A DNA stretch of 45,215 nt from a virus, in the IMG/VR virus record IMGVR_UViG_3300044698_000125, positions 1-45,215 of that record. One strand, given 5' to 3'. Positions 23,774 to 32,676 of this stretch are shown one piece after another (positions within the stretch are counted from its first letter, which is position 1; every line of letters begins with the position of its first letter). The position numbers were made by a program, and so were the translations under genes. Under the pieces are notes generated by a model. It had not been told where the DNA came from and searched no databases. It was given only the letters and a program-made list of their open reading frames with translations.

Positions 23774-25359
23774 CCCTTCGACTATCCTCATCGGAGCGGC
23801 TGAAGGTCTCGATCCGCGCCGAGAAAGAGATCCTGCGCTACAAGGACGACCACGCGCTGTGGCACAAACACATCCACAACACCGATCTCGATTCGATGCA
23901 GATCCTCAAATGCATCGAGATGGACCAGCACCGCAACACCATAGATTTCTCGGCGCGGCGCACGCGCAAGACCTCGATCAAAGAATTGTATTGTCTCAAG
24001 GCGCTGGCGACGAATGCCTTCCAGGAAGAGGGGATGGTCGCGCCCAGGCTGCAGCAGGCGCTGACCAACATCCGTTATCACACTGACGCGATCCGCAGCT
24101 CGCCGGCGCTGCGCGCATACATCAACTGGAAGAATGGGCGCGAGCGGTTGTCCGACTCCGCGTACGAGTTCGTCAACCGCGCGAAGGCGCAGGCCTACGG
24201 CATCATGAGCCAGATCGACGGCGACGCACTCACCATCGCCTCGCTGGAAGAGACCGACGACATGCCCCAGGAGCGGCTGCTCTCGCGCTTCCTGCCGATG
24301 CTCGGCGGCGCCGGCCGGCTCGGCGCGCCGCGCGAGGCCTCATTCAAGCCCAGCGTGCGGATCTCCGGAGTGTTCAAGGGCGCGGACACTCTGCAGCGGA
24401 TGATCGACAGCGGGGAATATCATGTGCTGCCCGTGGTGAATGTCTACCTCGGCATCGAAATGGGGATCCTCAACGAGCAGCAGGTGCTGTCGCTGCGCGG
24501 ACAACTGCCGGCGGCGGAATGGATCCGGCAATACCTGTGCAAGAACATCGCCGCGATGCACCACATCCACGAGCACTGGGTGCGGCGCGCACTGACGGTG
24601 GGGCTGAAGGCGCGGCTGGAGATCGCCGGGCCGCTGCCTGGGGCGCGTTATAAAAAGCGCGGGCTGATTTCGTTCGGTTATGACCATACCGGGCATGGCG
24701 AAAGCCCGACGGCGTCGAAGTCCGCACTGGTCGTGATCGAGCAGATCGGCAATTTCACCACCTTCCCCTACGTGCGGACCTGGGCCGCCGGCACCGACGA
24801 CAAAGTGATCGAGCTGGACCTGCTGGGGCTGTGGGAGTATTTCCGGCCGGACTATGCGATCGGCGACGCGTACGGTGTGGGCATGCTCACCAGTCTCAAC
24901 GATCGATTGTATGCGCGGGGACTGACCGAGATCGACCGGCGCACGATAGGCGACGGGCAGAGCACCGGCAGCACCTGGCAGGACTGGGCTTTCGCGCCGC
25001 TGCGTTTCGAGGGCATGGTCAAGCACTCGATGGCCAGCGCGCTGCGCTCGGCGTTCAGCAACAGTCAGGCGGCGATTCCGTTTTTCGATACCGACAGCGA
25101 TGAGGCGGGCCCGGACTGGACCGCGTTCGTGCGCCAGCTCGTCAACATCAAGGCCGAGCCGACGAAGGCGAGCTACGCCAGCTACCGGATGGTCGATCCG
25201 AAAATCGGGGACGATTTGTTCGACGCGGCGATGGCGGCGATCTGGGCGATGGTCACGCGCGGCGTGATCGACATGCCAACGGTCATCACCACCCGGATAC
25301 AGACGCGGGAGCAGCTGCTCGGGCAGGCGGTGCGGCTGCCGCAGGCAGTCGCAGCGTGA
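23770..25359 (+). CDS. Terminase large subunit
   Basis: Deviant Walker A SARRTRKTS, acidic Walker B-like IASLEETDD, and nuclease-type Asp motifs FGYDHTG, AIGDAYG and GDDLFDAAMAA. Lies upstream of the portal gene. Confidence 0.7.
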   Translation: MTLRLSSSERLKVSIRAEKEILRYKDDHALWHKHIHNTDLDSMQILKCIEMDQHRNTIDFSARRTRKTSIKELYCLKALATNAFQEEGMVAPRLQQALTNIRYHTDAIRSSPALRAYINWKNGRERLSDSAYEFVNRAKAQAYGIMSQIDGDALTIASLEETDDMPQERLLSRFLPMLGGAGRLGAPREASFKPSVRISGVFKGADTLQRMIDSGEYHVLPVVNVYLGIEMGILNEQQVLSLRGQLPAAEWIRQYLCKNIAAMHHIHEHWVRRALTVGLKARLEIAGPLPGARYKKRGLISFGYDHTGHGESPTASKSALVVIEQIGNFTTFPYVRTWAAGTDDKVIELDLLGLWEYFRPDYAIGDAYGVGMLTSLNDRLYARGLTEIDRRTIGDGQSTGSTWQDWAFAPLRFEGMVKHSMASALRSAFSNSQAAIPFFDTDSDEAGPDWTAFVRQLVNIKAEPTKASYASYRMVDPKIGDDLFDAAMAAIWAMVTRGVIDMPTVITTRIQTREQLLGQAVRLPQAVAA

Positions 25360-25382
25360 ATGGTGAATCGTGAACGGTGAAT
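25355..25382 (+). repeat. Heptamer tandem repeat CGTGAAT GGTGAAT CGTGAAC GGTGAAT
   Basis: Spans the terminase stop codon and the next gene start. Confidence 0.9.
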
Positions 25383-25588
25383 CGAAACAGCTTGACGCGA
25401 GTGCTCAGGCCCGGGCGGAGGCGATGCGGTCTCTGGTGCTCGCCGAGATTCCGGACGCCGTGCCGTTTATCAGGGAGCTGCACCAAGCAGGGCTGATCGA
25501 CGGCTGGCGCAATGTCAGTTACGTGGGCCCGCCGCGCGGCCCGGTCGGGATCAGCGCGCGCGAGTATCTGGAAAACAGCAACGCATAG
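25370..25588 (+). CDS. Hypothetical protein
   Basis: GTG start inside the heptamer repeat; GC3 bias. Confidence 0.5.
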   Translation: MNGESKQLDASAQARAEAMRSLVLAEIPDAVPFIRELHQAGLIDGWRNVSYVGPPRGPVGISAREYLENSNA

Positions 25589-25597
25589 AGGGCCATC

Positions 25598-26959
25598 ATG
25601 GGACTGTTACAGAAAATTTTCGGCACCAAATCAGCGGCGACGCTACCCAACGAGCAGGCCGCGAACAACAGCGGCGCGGACAGCGAGCGGGGACGCCGGC
25701 CGACGCCGGAAGACCAGCTCAAATACCTTTACCGCATCATGTGGGTGGATCCGGATCTCCGGCAGGCGATCCTGGACATCCGTGAGATGGACCGGCTCGA
25801 CGGCCGCGTGAAGCGCATTCATTCGCGAGTCGCGCGCGACGCGGTCAAAGGCGGGCTGATCCTGCAGCAAGCCACCGAGAACAAGGCGCTGTCGAAGGTA
25901 TGGGAGGATTACGGGAGGCGGCTGCAGCTCAATCGCGTCGAGAAGCTCAAGAGCGATGCGCGCGGGCTGGTGATGGAAGGAAATCTGTGTTCGCAGTGGG
26001 TGCTCGACAAGGATCTCAACGTCATCGCCGGCGTGCGCATGCCCTCGGAGACGATCATCCCGGACGTCGATGCCTCGGGCCGGTTCAAGGATGTACGCAA
26101 GGCCTACGTGCAAATGGATGTCGCGACCGGCACGGAGCAGGCGATTTTTCCGCTGTGGCAATTATTTGTCGCACGCTTCGACCCGGACAATTTCGACGAC
26201 ATGGGCTCGCTCGGCCGGCCGTTCCTGGATGCGGCGCGCACCACCTGGCGCAAGCTGATCATGACCGAAGAGGACCTGGTGATCCGCCGGCGCGTTCGCG
26301 CGCCGCTGCGCCTCAATCACGTGTTGGAGGGCGCGAGCAATGACGATCTGGAAGAATATCGCCTGCGGGTGGAGAAGGACCAGGGTGAGATCACGACCGA
26401 TTATTACCAGAACAAAAAAGGCGGGGTCAATCCCATTCAGGGCGACGCCAACCTGAACCAGGTGGCGGACGTGGTGCACCTGCTCGATACCTTCTTCGCC
26501 GGCAGTCCGCTGCCGAAGGGCATGATGGGTTACACCGACGGCATGGCGCGCGACATCCTCGAGGATCTCAAGCGCGATTACTACGAAGAGGTGGACGTGC
26601 TGCAGGACACGATGTCGTTCGGCTACGAACAGGGCTTCCGGCTGCAGCTTTTACTGAAAGGGATCAACCCGGACGACGAGGATTTTTGCATTGCCTTCTC
26701 TGAGCGCCGCACCGAGACGGAGAACCAGGCGGCGGATCGAGGTCTGAAGTTGACGGCGCTCGGCATGCCGCAGGGGATGGTGTGGGAGGAGTTGGGCTAC
26801 GATCCGGCCTATGTGCGGCAGCGGCAGGAATGGGAACGCAAGAACGTCGATCCCTACCCGGATCCGGAGAGCATTGCGCCGGCGGGGACAAGCAAGGTCA
26901 GCATCACGCCGGGGAATGCACGGAAGGGCGAGAGCGGGACGGCGATCAAGAATCGCTGA
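25598..26959 (+). CDS. Portal protein
   Basis: 453 aa, located between the terminase and the Mu F-like head protein. Confidence 0.65.
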   Translation: MGLLQKIFGTKSAATLPNEQAANNSGADSERGRRPTPEDQLKYLYRIMWVDPDLRQAILDIREMDRLDGRVKRIHSRVARDAVKGGLILQQATENKALSKVWEDYGRRLQLNRVEKLKSDARGLVMEGNLCSQWVLDKDLNVIAGVRMPSETIIPDVDASGRFKDVRKAYVQMDVATGTEQAIFPLWQLFVARFDPDNFDDMGSLGRPFLDAARTTWRKLIMTEEDLVIRRRVRAPLRLNHVLEGASNDDLEEYRLRVEKDQGEITTDYYQNKKGGVNPIQGDANLNQVADVVHLLDTFFAGSPLPKGMMGYTDGMARDILEDLKRDYYEEVDVLQDTMSFGYEQGFRLQLLLKGINPDDEDFCIAFSERRTETENQAADRGLKLTALGMPQGMVWEELGYDPAYVRQRQEWERKNVDPYPDPESIAPAGTSKVSITPGNARKGESGTAIKNR

Positions 26960-26991
26960 TTACGGTAATGGGTGATGAGTAATGAGTGACC
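26957..26991 (+). repeat. Degenerate heptamer tandem repeat TGATTAC GGTAATG GGTGATG AGTAATG AGTGACC
   Basis: Spans the portal stop codon and the Mu F-like start codon. Confidence 0.85.
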
Positions 26992-28076
26992 CCTCCCGCA
27001 CCGCGGCGCAGGCGGCCATCAAGCGCGCGAGCACGGCGGCGAACAAGGCCGTCGAGAAGCTTGCCGCAGAGAGTCTGAAGGAGCTCGAGCGCATTTACAG
27101 CCAGGCCGCGGCCGATATCGCGGAGCGCATCGCGCAGCATGCGGGCGCGGACGGCAATCTGGCGCTGCAGGAGCTGCGCAGCGCGCTGGCGCAGATCGAG
27201 GCGCGGCTGCGGGAGCTCGGGCAGGCGCGGGACGCGCTACTCGATGCCAGCCTGGGCCAGGCGGCGGATCTTGGCGTGCGGCCCTTTGCCGCCGTGGCGG
27301 GGGTCGATGCGGTGATCGGCAGCCCGGCGTCGATGCGCATCGCCGACGAAGCGTTGAACTTCGTCCGCACCTTCGTCGCCGAGGACGGCCTGCAGATCTC
27401 GGACCGGATCTGGCGCCTCGATCGCGGGGCCCGGGATGTGGTGGTCAACGCGATCGAGCGGGCGGTGATCCAGGGCCACGGCGCGAGCCAGGCGGCGCGG
27501 GAGCTGCTCGCGCGCGGCCTGCCGGTGCCGGCGGACATCCATGACAAGATCGGCGCCGCCAACGCCGCGCAGATCGGCAAAACAGTCGAGGATTCGCTGC
27601 TGGCCAGCGCCGGGAGCCCGATGGACAACGCGATGCGGCTGATGCGCACGGAGATCAACCGGGCGCACGGCGAGGCGTACATGATGGGCGGTGGGGGGCA
27701 TCCGGACTTCGCCGGCTGGAAATTCCTGCTCTCGCCGGCACATCCGAAGCCGGACATTTGCGACCTCTTCTCGACGCAGAACCTCTACGGGCTGGGCCCG
27801 GGCGTTTATCCGGACCGGGCGCGCTGCCCCTGGCCGGCGCACCCGAACACCCTGTCGTTTATCGTGATGGTATTCAAGGACGAGATCACGCCGAACGATC
27901 GTTCGGGAAAGGAAACGCCGGTGGAGGCGCTGGCCCGGCTCACCCCGGCACGGCAGCGCGGGGTGCTGGGGAAGGAAAAGCAGGAACTGTTCGACGAGGG
28001 TAAACTTACCCGTGGGATGATCCGAACGCCGTTGAGCAGCGTGCGGCAGCGCCTGACGCGGCAAGGGAAATTGTAG
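26982..28076 (+). CDS. Minor head / head morphogenesis protein (Mu F / SPP1 gp7 family)
   Basis: MRLMRTEINRAHGEAY...W.F.LSPAHPKPDICD...CPWPAHPNTLS is the Mu F-type C-terminal pattern. Confidence 0.7.
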   Translation: MSDPSRTAAQAAIKRASTAANKAVEKLAAESLKELERIYSQAAADIAERIAQHAGADGNLALQELRSALAQIEARLRELGQARDALLDASLGQAADLGVRPFAAVAGVDAVIGSPASMRIADEALNFVRTFVAEDGLQISDRIWRLDRGARDVVVNAIERAVIQGHGASQAARELLARGLPVPADIHDKIGAANAAQIGKTVEDSLLASAGSPMDNAMRLMRTEINRAHGEAYMMGGGGHPDFAGWKFLLSPAHPKPDICDLFSTQNLYGLGPGVYPDRARCPWPAHPNTLSFIVMVFKDEITPNDRSGKETPVEALARLTPARQRGVLGKEKQELFDEGKLTRGMIRTPLSSVRQRLTRQGKL

Positions 28077-28102
28077 ATAAATCAAAATAATAGGGAGGGG
28101 AT

Positions 28103-28387
28103 ATGCGGCTTTTTATCTTGGCACTAGCGTTGATCTTACTTGTTGCGGGCTGCGCGACTCAAATATTGGAACAGGAGCGCAGAAAGGTTGAGCATCAACC
28201 AGTTCCTTATCAAGATGGCTACGTCGACGGATGCAGCACAGGCACTCGTGCTGCCGGCAATCCATATTTTCAACTCAAGAAGGACGTGGCGAGGTTTGAT
28301 GCAGATAAGTTCTACGCGCAAGGATGGAATGACGGCTTCAACATCTGCAAGGCCGACTACGAATCGATCACACGCCGGCGATACTGA
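28103..28387 (+). CDS. Lipoprotein (moron)
   Basis: MRLFILALALILLVAGC lipobox; strong RBS GGGAGGGG; locally lower GC. Confidence 0.7.
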   Translation: MRLFILALALILLVAGCATQILEQERRKVEHQPVPYQDGYVDGCSTGTRAAGNPYFQLKKDVARFDADKFYAQGWNDGFNICKADYESITRRRY

Positions 28388-28398
28388 CATCCGCAGGC

Positions 28399-28803
28399 GT
28401 GACCGGCGACAAGCTAGCGGGCGGGAGAGTCGATCAGCATAAGATCGGTGCTGAACATTTTAGCGAAGTGTTTCACTCGGACACCCCGTTACATCACACT
28501 CCCTATCCAACCCTGATCGCTATCGCTGAGTGGCTAGGCGAGCCTTACGATTGCCGGTCAATTTGCGATGCTGTGGCGCGCTCCTCAAATTTACATCTCG
28601 TCGCTCGGGAGCATGAATCCGGCGTGGTGGGTTTGTCGCCAATCGGAATTTTGATTCTTACGTATGAAGTCGAACCGCACATCCCAGACGAGATGAGGGC
28701 GCGCGCGGACTCGACCACCCGCCGCCTGCTGATGCAACCGGAGGCGCAGTTGCGCAACGCGCTGGCCTCGCTGCGCCGCCTGCACCGCCGCATTTCGTTC
28801 TGA
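28399..28803 (+). CDS. Hypothetical protein (moron, GTG start)
   Basis: ORF with moderate codon bias, followed directly by an intrinsic terminator. Confidence 0.45.
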   Translation: MTGDKLAGGRVDQHKIGAEHFSEVFHSDTPLHHTPYPTLIAIAEWLGEPYDCRSICDAVARSSNLHLVAREHESGVVGLSPIGILILTYEVEPHIPDEMRARADSTTRRLLMQPEAQLRNALASLRRLHRRISF

Positions 28804-28820
28804 CCCCATCCCCTCCCTAA

Positions 28821-28849
28821 CCCTCCCCTTGAAGGGGAGGGATTTTTTT
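28821..28849 (+). terminator. Rho-independent terminator built from a REP-like element
   Basis: CCCTCCCC (28821-28828), loop TTGAA, GGGGAGGG (28834-28841), then A and T7. Confidence 0.75.
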
Positions 28850-28949
28850 GCGGGAGTCTTCCCTTTCCCTCGGACACTTTCCGCCCGGCAAAAGTCTTGA
28901 TCTTTTAGGCATGATCGTTCACGTCGGGCTTTATTGCCCGCGTGAGGTG

Positions 28950-31586
28950 ATGATGCGGAGATCCATTCTGTTTGCGGCCGTTGCCTGCGCCCTGGCGGCG
29001 CCGGCGGCGGCACGGCATATCCAGCTCGAAGGCGGCGTCCCGGAGGGATTGCGGCGCTTCGTCACGGCGCTTCCGGTCACGTTGTCCCTGGACGGGGACA
29101 AACCTCAAAGCTGGCAGACGGTCACCCGGACGGGGACTTTCTACGACCCGCGTTACGGCGAGTTCGAGATCACGCGGCCGATGCTGCTGCAGATGGTCGA
29201 GAACTTCGACAAAGGCACCTACGGCCAGGACATTTTCATCGATGTCTCCCACGAACCGTCCAAAGGTTCGGCCGCAAAAGTTTTAAAGCTGGCAGTCGAA
29301 GGCAATCGTCTGCGGGCGCTCCTGGAGTGGACGCCCTATGGCGTGGACGCGGTGAAGAACCGCGGCTTCCGGTATCTCTCAGCCGACTATCACGAGGACT
29401 GGCAGGACAACGAAAAGCGCGCACAGCACGGCGCGGTGCTCTTCGGTGCAGGGCTGACCATTCGCCCGGTGATCAAGCATCTCGATCCGGTGCAGCTTTC
29501 AGAGCCGGATGGCTCGCCGCCCACCCTGTTGCACCCAGAACTTCAAACCCAATTACTGCAGGAGTTGCATACCATGTGGAAAGATCTCATCAAGAAGCTG
29601 TCCGAGCAACTGAAAGGAATCAAGCTCGGCGACGCCGTCGCCGCGCAACTCATCACGCTGGCGGAGGCCGCGGTCGGCAAAATCACCGACGCGCAGGTCG
29701 CGCAGGCGCTGATCACCTCGTTCGAAGAAGCCGGCAAGAAGCTCGCCGAGGAAATCGCCAAGGGCGGCAACGCCGGCGACATCAAAATCCAGCTCGCCAT
29801 GCCCGACACCCTCAAGACCGGCATGGATGAGGCCGCCGTGAAGAAGCTGATGGAAACGATGCAGGCCGATGCGGCGAAGGCGGCGAAGACGCTGCAGGAG
29901 GACGTCGCCGGCAAGCGCAAGCTGCTCGCCGACACCATCACCGCCGCGCAGGGCCTGACCGACGAGCTGAAGAAGGAACTGACCGAATCGGTCGCGGACC
30001 TGGTGACGGAGACGATGACCGACGAGCAGGTGAAAAAGCTGGCAACGGTGCAGATCGAGCAGGGCAACAAGCGGGTGGCGGCGCAGAAGCTTTCCGACAT
30101 GGGCTTCATGCGCCCGGCCGGCAGCCCGCACATCAGCGTCGACGACTCCAACAGCGTCAAGGCGCTGCAGGAGACCGTGGACAAGCGCCTGGGCTTCGAC
30201 GGCCTCGCCGATGCGGAGCGCTACACCGCGACCGGCGGCAAGCTGCAGGACAAGAACAAGAAGCTGGTCGAAAAGGTCCTGGCCGGATTCGACGCGAGCC
30301 ACGCCAGTCAGTTGCGCGCCGAGCACAAGATGCTCGCCGCCGGCGACGGCCTGGTGTCGGATGTGGCGGTGCCGGCGATTTTTGAGCGCACGGTGATCCG
30401 CGAGGCGCTGTATCAGCTCGTCGGCCTGCAGTTCGTGGACGTCGGCACCTATATCTTCTCGGCATCGGCGCTGATCCCCTACAGCTACCGCGACACGACC
30501 GCGGCCGGGCGATCGAGCACCCGCGTGTACGAGGGCGGCTCGATTGCGCGCGCGGGCGTGAAACAGACCTCCGACACCGCCTATCCGATCCCGCAGAAGC
30601 TCGCCTTCGAAGTCTCGGACGAGCTGCGCTACCTGACCGCCAACGGCCAGATCGACTGGGATGCCGTGGTGGAAAACGTGCGCAACGCCTCGCGCATTAT
30701 CGGCGAGGACACCGAGAAGCTGATTTTCGACGAGGTGCTGAATGCCGCGGACCAGTATGCGAGCACAGCCGTGGTTGACGAAGCCACGGCGACCGGCGAT
30801 GCCGCGAAGACGATTTTCAAGCTCGACAATTTCCCGGTGGTGCGCCCGAAAAAAATATACGACCTGCAGGGCAATCAGATCGGTTCGACTCTGTATCCCA
30901 TCGTGGTCACCGTCGCCGCTGCCGCCAAGACCGAGTATGACGGCACCGGCACGCAGGCAGCGGGACTGTACTGGACGATGGACTACAACCTGGGCGAGAT
31001 CCATTTCGTCGACGAGCTGGGCGCACCCTCGGCGCCGGCGGGCGCCGCGGCGATCGTGGTTTCCTACACCTACACCACCAACGTGTACGCGTTCGACACC
31101 GACCTGGGCGCCGCTGCGCTGGACGATCACTGGAACACGTTCCTCTACCGCTACGGCCTGCGCAAGGCGGTGATCGAGAGCGACCGCTTCCACAGCGCGA
31201 ACTTCGGCCTGATGAGCATGACCGCCATGACGCAGGCGGAGCAGGCGAAGCAGTTCTCGGCCAACTTCGCTCGGCCGGGCACGGACCTGTCTGCGGACGG
31301 CAATCTCGGGCGCATCAAAGCGATCCCGAACTTCAAGTCCACCGCGCCGGGGCTCAACATGGGCGATCAGCGCATCATCATCGGCGAGCGCGGCATGACG
31401 CGCTTTCGCATGATGAAGCCGTGGGCGATGGGGCAGATGCAGGACCAGAAGGACGCCAACGGCCGGTTCACCGGCAAGAAGGAAGCCTACGGCGACCAGT
31501 TCATCGTGCTGCACACGCCGACGCCGCTCAAGGCCGCGACCACCAGCATGGTGCTCTACAGCGCCACGGCCAGAGTCGACCGCTGA
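28950..31586 (+). CDS. Fused prohead protease (Mu gpI-like) - scaffold-like coiled coil - major capsid protein (HK97-fold-like)
   Basis: N-terminal FYDPRYGEFEITRPMLLQMVENFD...IDVSHEP is Mu I-like. The middle is Ala/Lys/Glu-rich and helical. The C-terminal roughly 450 aa is capsid-like. ATG 28950/28953 follows GAGGTG. Confidence 0.6.
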   Translation: MMRRSILFAAVACALAAPAAARHIQLEGGVPEGLRRFVTALPVTLSLDGDKPQSWQTVTRTGTFYDPRYGEFEITRPMLLQMVENFDKGTYGQDIFIDVSHEPSKGSAAKVLKLAVEGNRLRALLEWTPYGVDAVKNRGFRYLSADYHEDWQDNEKRAQHGAVLFGAGLTIRPVIKHLDPVQLSEPDGSPPTLLHPELQTQLLQELHTMWKDLIKKLSEQLKGIKLGDAVAAQLITLAEAAVGKITDAQVAQALITSFEEAGKKLAEEIAKGGNAGDIKIQLAMPDTLKTGMDEAAVKKLMETMQADAAKAAKTLQEDVAGKRKLLADTITAAQGLTDELKKELTESVADLVTETMTDEQVKKLATVQIEQGNKRVAAQKLSDMGFMRPAGSPHISVDDSNSVKALQETVDKRLGFDGLADAERYTATGGKLQDKNKKLVEKVLAGFDASHASQLRAEHKMLAAGDGLVSDVAVPAIFERTVIREALYQLVGLQFVDVGTYIFSASALIPYSYRDTTAAGRSSTRVYEGGSIARAGVKQTSDTAYPIPQKLAFEVSDELRYLTANGQIDWDAVVENVRNASRIIGEDTEKLIFDEVLNAADQYASTAVVDEATATGDAAKTIFKLDNFPVVRPKKIYDLQGNQIGSTLYPIVVTVAAAAKTEYDGTGTQAAGLYWTMDYNLGEIHFVDELGAPSAPAGAAAIVVSYTYTTNVYAFDTDLGAAALDDHWNTFLYRYGLRKAVIESDRFHSANFGLMSMTAMTQAEQAKQFSANFARPGTDLSADGNLGRIKAIPNFKSTAPGLNMGDQRIIIGERGMTRFRMMKPWAMGQMQDQKDANGRFTGKKEAYGDQFIVLHTPTPLKAATTSMVLYSATARVDR

Positions 31587-31599
31587 TCGATCTCCGATC

Positions 31600-31634
31600 G
31601 AGTGATGGGTAATGAGTGAAGGGTGATGGGTGAA
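31600..31634 (+). repeat. Degenerate heptamer tandem repeat GAGTGAT GGGTAAT GAGTGAA GGGTGAT GGGTGAA
   Basis: Lies 14 nt after the capsid-fusion stop codon. Confidence 0.85.
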
Positions 31635-31672
31635 AACCCCAACCCTTCCTCTCCAATTTTAAAAGGACTGAC

Positions 31673-32035
31673 ATGAAAATTCCAGTGAAAAACACGACCA
31701 AGATGCCGATCTACGTCGGCGCGACCATGATCGCGGCCGGGGAAACCCGCCATTTCGAGGAACAGGACGTGCCGCTGCATTTGCGGCCGGCAGCGGCACA
31801 ACCTGCCGCGCCGGAACCGGCCGCCGATCCGCTGCAGGTTCTGGTCACGGAGAGCACCGCGGCGGAGGTCATCGAGGCGCTGCCGGATCTGACGACCGAG
31901 GATCTGGAACGGCTGGGCGATCTCGAGCAGGCGCGGATGCACAATGAAAAACCCGCGCCGCGCAAGTCGGTGCTATCGGCGATTTCCGAGACGCTGCTCA
32001 AGCGCGCTGAAGCCGGCGATACCAGCGCGGAGTAA
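31673..32035 (+). CDS. Hypothetical head-module protein
   Basis: Clean ORF after the capsid gene; GC3 bias. Confidence 0.55.
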   Translation: MKIPVKNTTKMPIYVGATMIAAGETRHFEEQDVPLHLRPAAAQPAAPEPAADPLQVLVTESTAAEVIEALPDLTTEDLERLGDLEQARMHNEKPAPRKSVLSAISETLLKRAEAGDTSAE

Positions 32036-32046
32036 GCGGAGCGCAG

Positions 32047-32676
32047 ATGCCCGGGACGATGAGCGAAGCCGACCTGGCCGATGATCTCAAGGCCTCGATC
32101 CAGGATGCGGCCAAGGTTTTCACCGCGGCCGGGGATGCGGACTTCAAGCGGCATCTTGCGACTGCCGCGCTCGATTTCGGCCGCAAGCGCCGGCGCACGC
32201 TGGTGGGATCGATTACCCTGGTCGGCGACGAGGCGGAATACCCCGCGCCGGCGGATTTCCTCGCCTTCAAATCCCATCTGTGGGGTATTACGCCCATTGC
32301 GCGGGCGAAGCCCTGGGACAAGACCTGGCCCGGCCGGCTGCCGGATGTGCGCTACGTCGAAAAATCGGACGGCACAAAAAAACTTGCCCTCGAACCCCCG
32401 CCAATCACTTCGCAGATCTCGGCGCTGGGCAGCGAGTTCCGCTTCTACTACTACGCCGCGCACAGCGTGAATGCGACCGCGGCCAGCACCACGATCCTGC
32501 CCGGCGACCGCGGCCTGCTGCTCTTGCGCGCGCAGGCCGAGGCGATGAAGGAAATGGCGATGCGCAACCTGATGAAGCCGGTGATGGTGCGGGAAGGCAT
32601 GTCGTCGTCGCCCAAGAATGGCACGCCGAGCTATCTCTACGAGAAATTCATGACCGAGTTCGCGGAGGCGGCGTAG
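32047..32676 (+). CDS. Hypothetical head-completion/adaptor candidate
   Basis: Position between the capsid and gp10-like genes. Confidence 0.5.
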   Translation: MPGTMSEADLADDLKASIQDAAKVFTAAGDADFKRHLATAALDFGRKRRRTLVGSITLVGDEAEYPAPADFLAFKSHLWGITPIARAKPWDKTWPGRLPDVRYVEKSDGTKKLALEPPPITSQISALGSEFRFYYYAAHSVNATAASTTILPGDRGLLLLRAQAEAMKEMAMRNLMKPVMVREGMSSSPKNGTPSYLYEKFMTEFAEAA

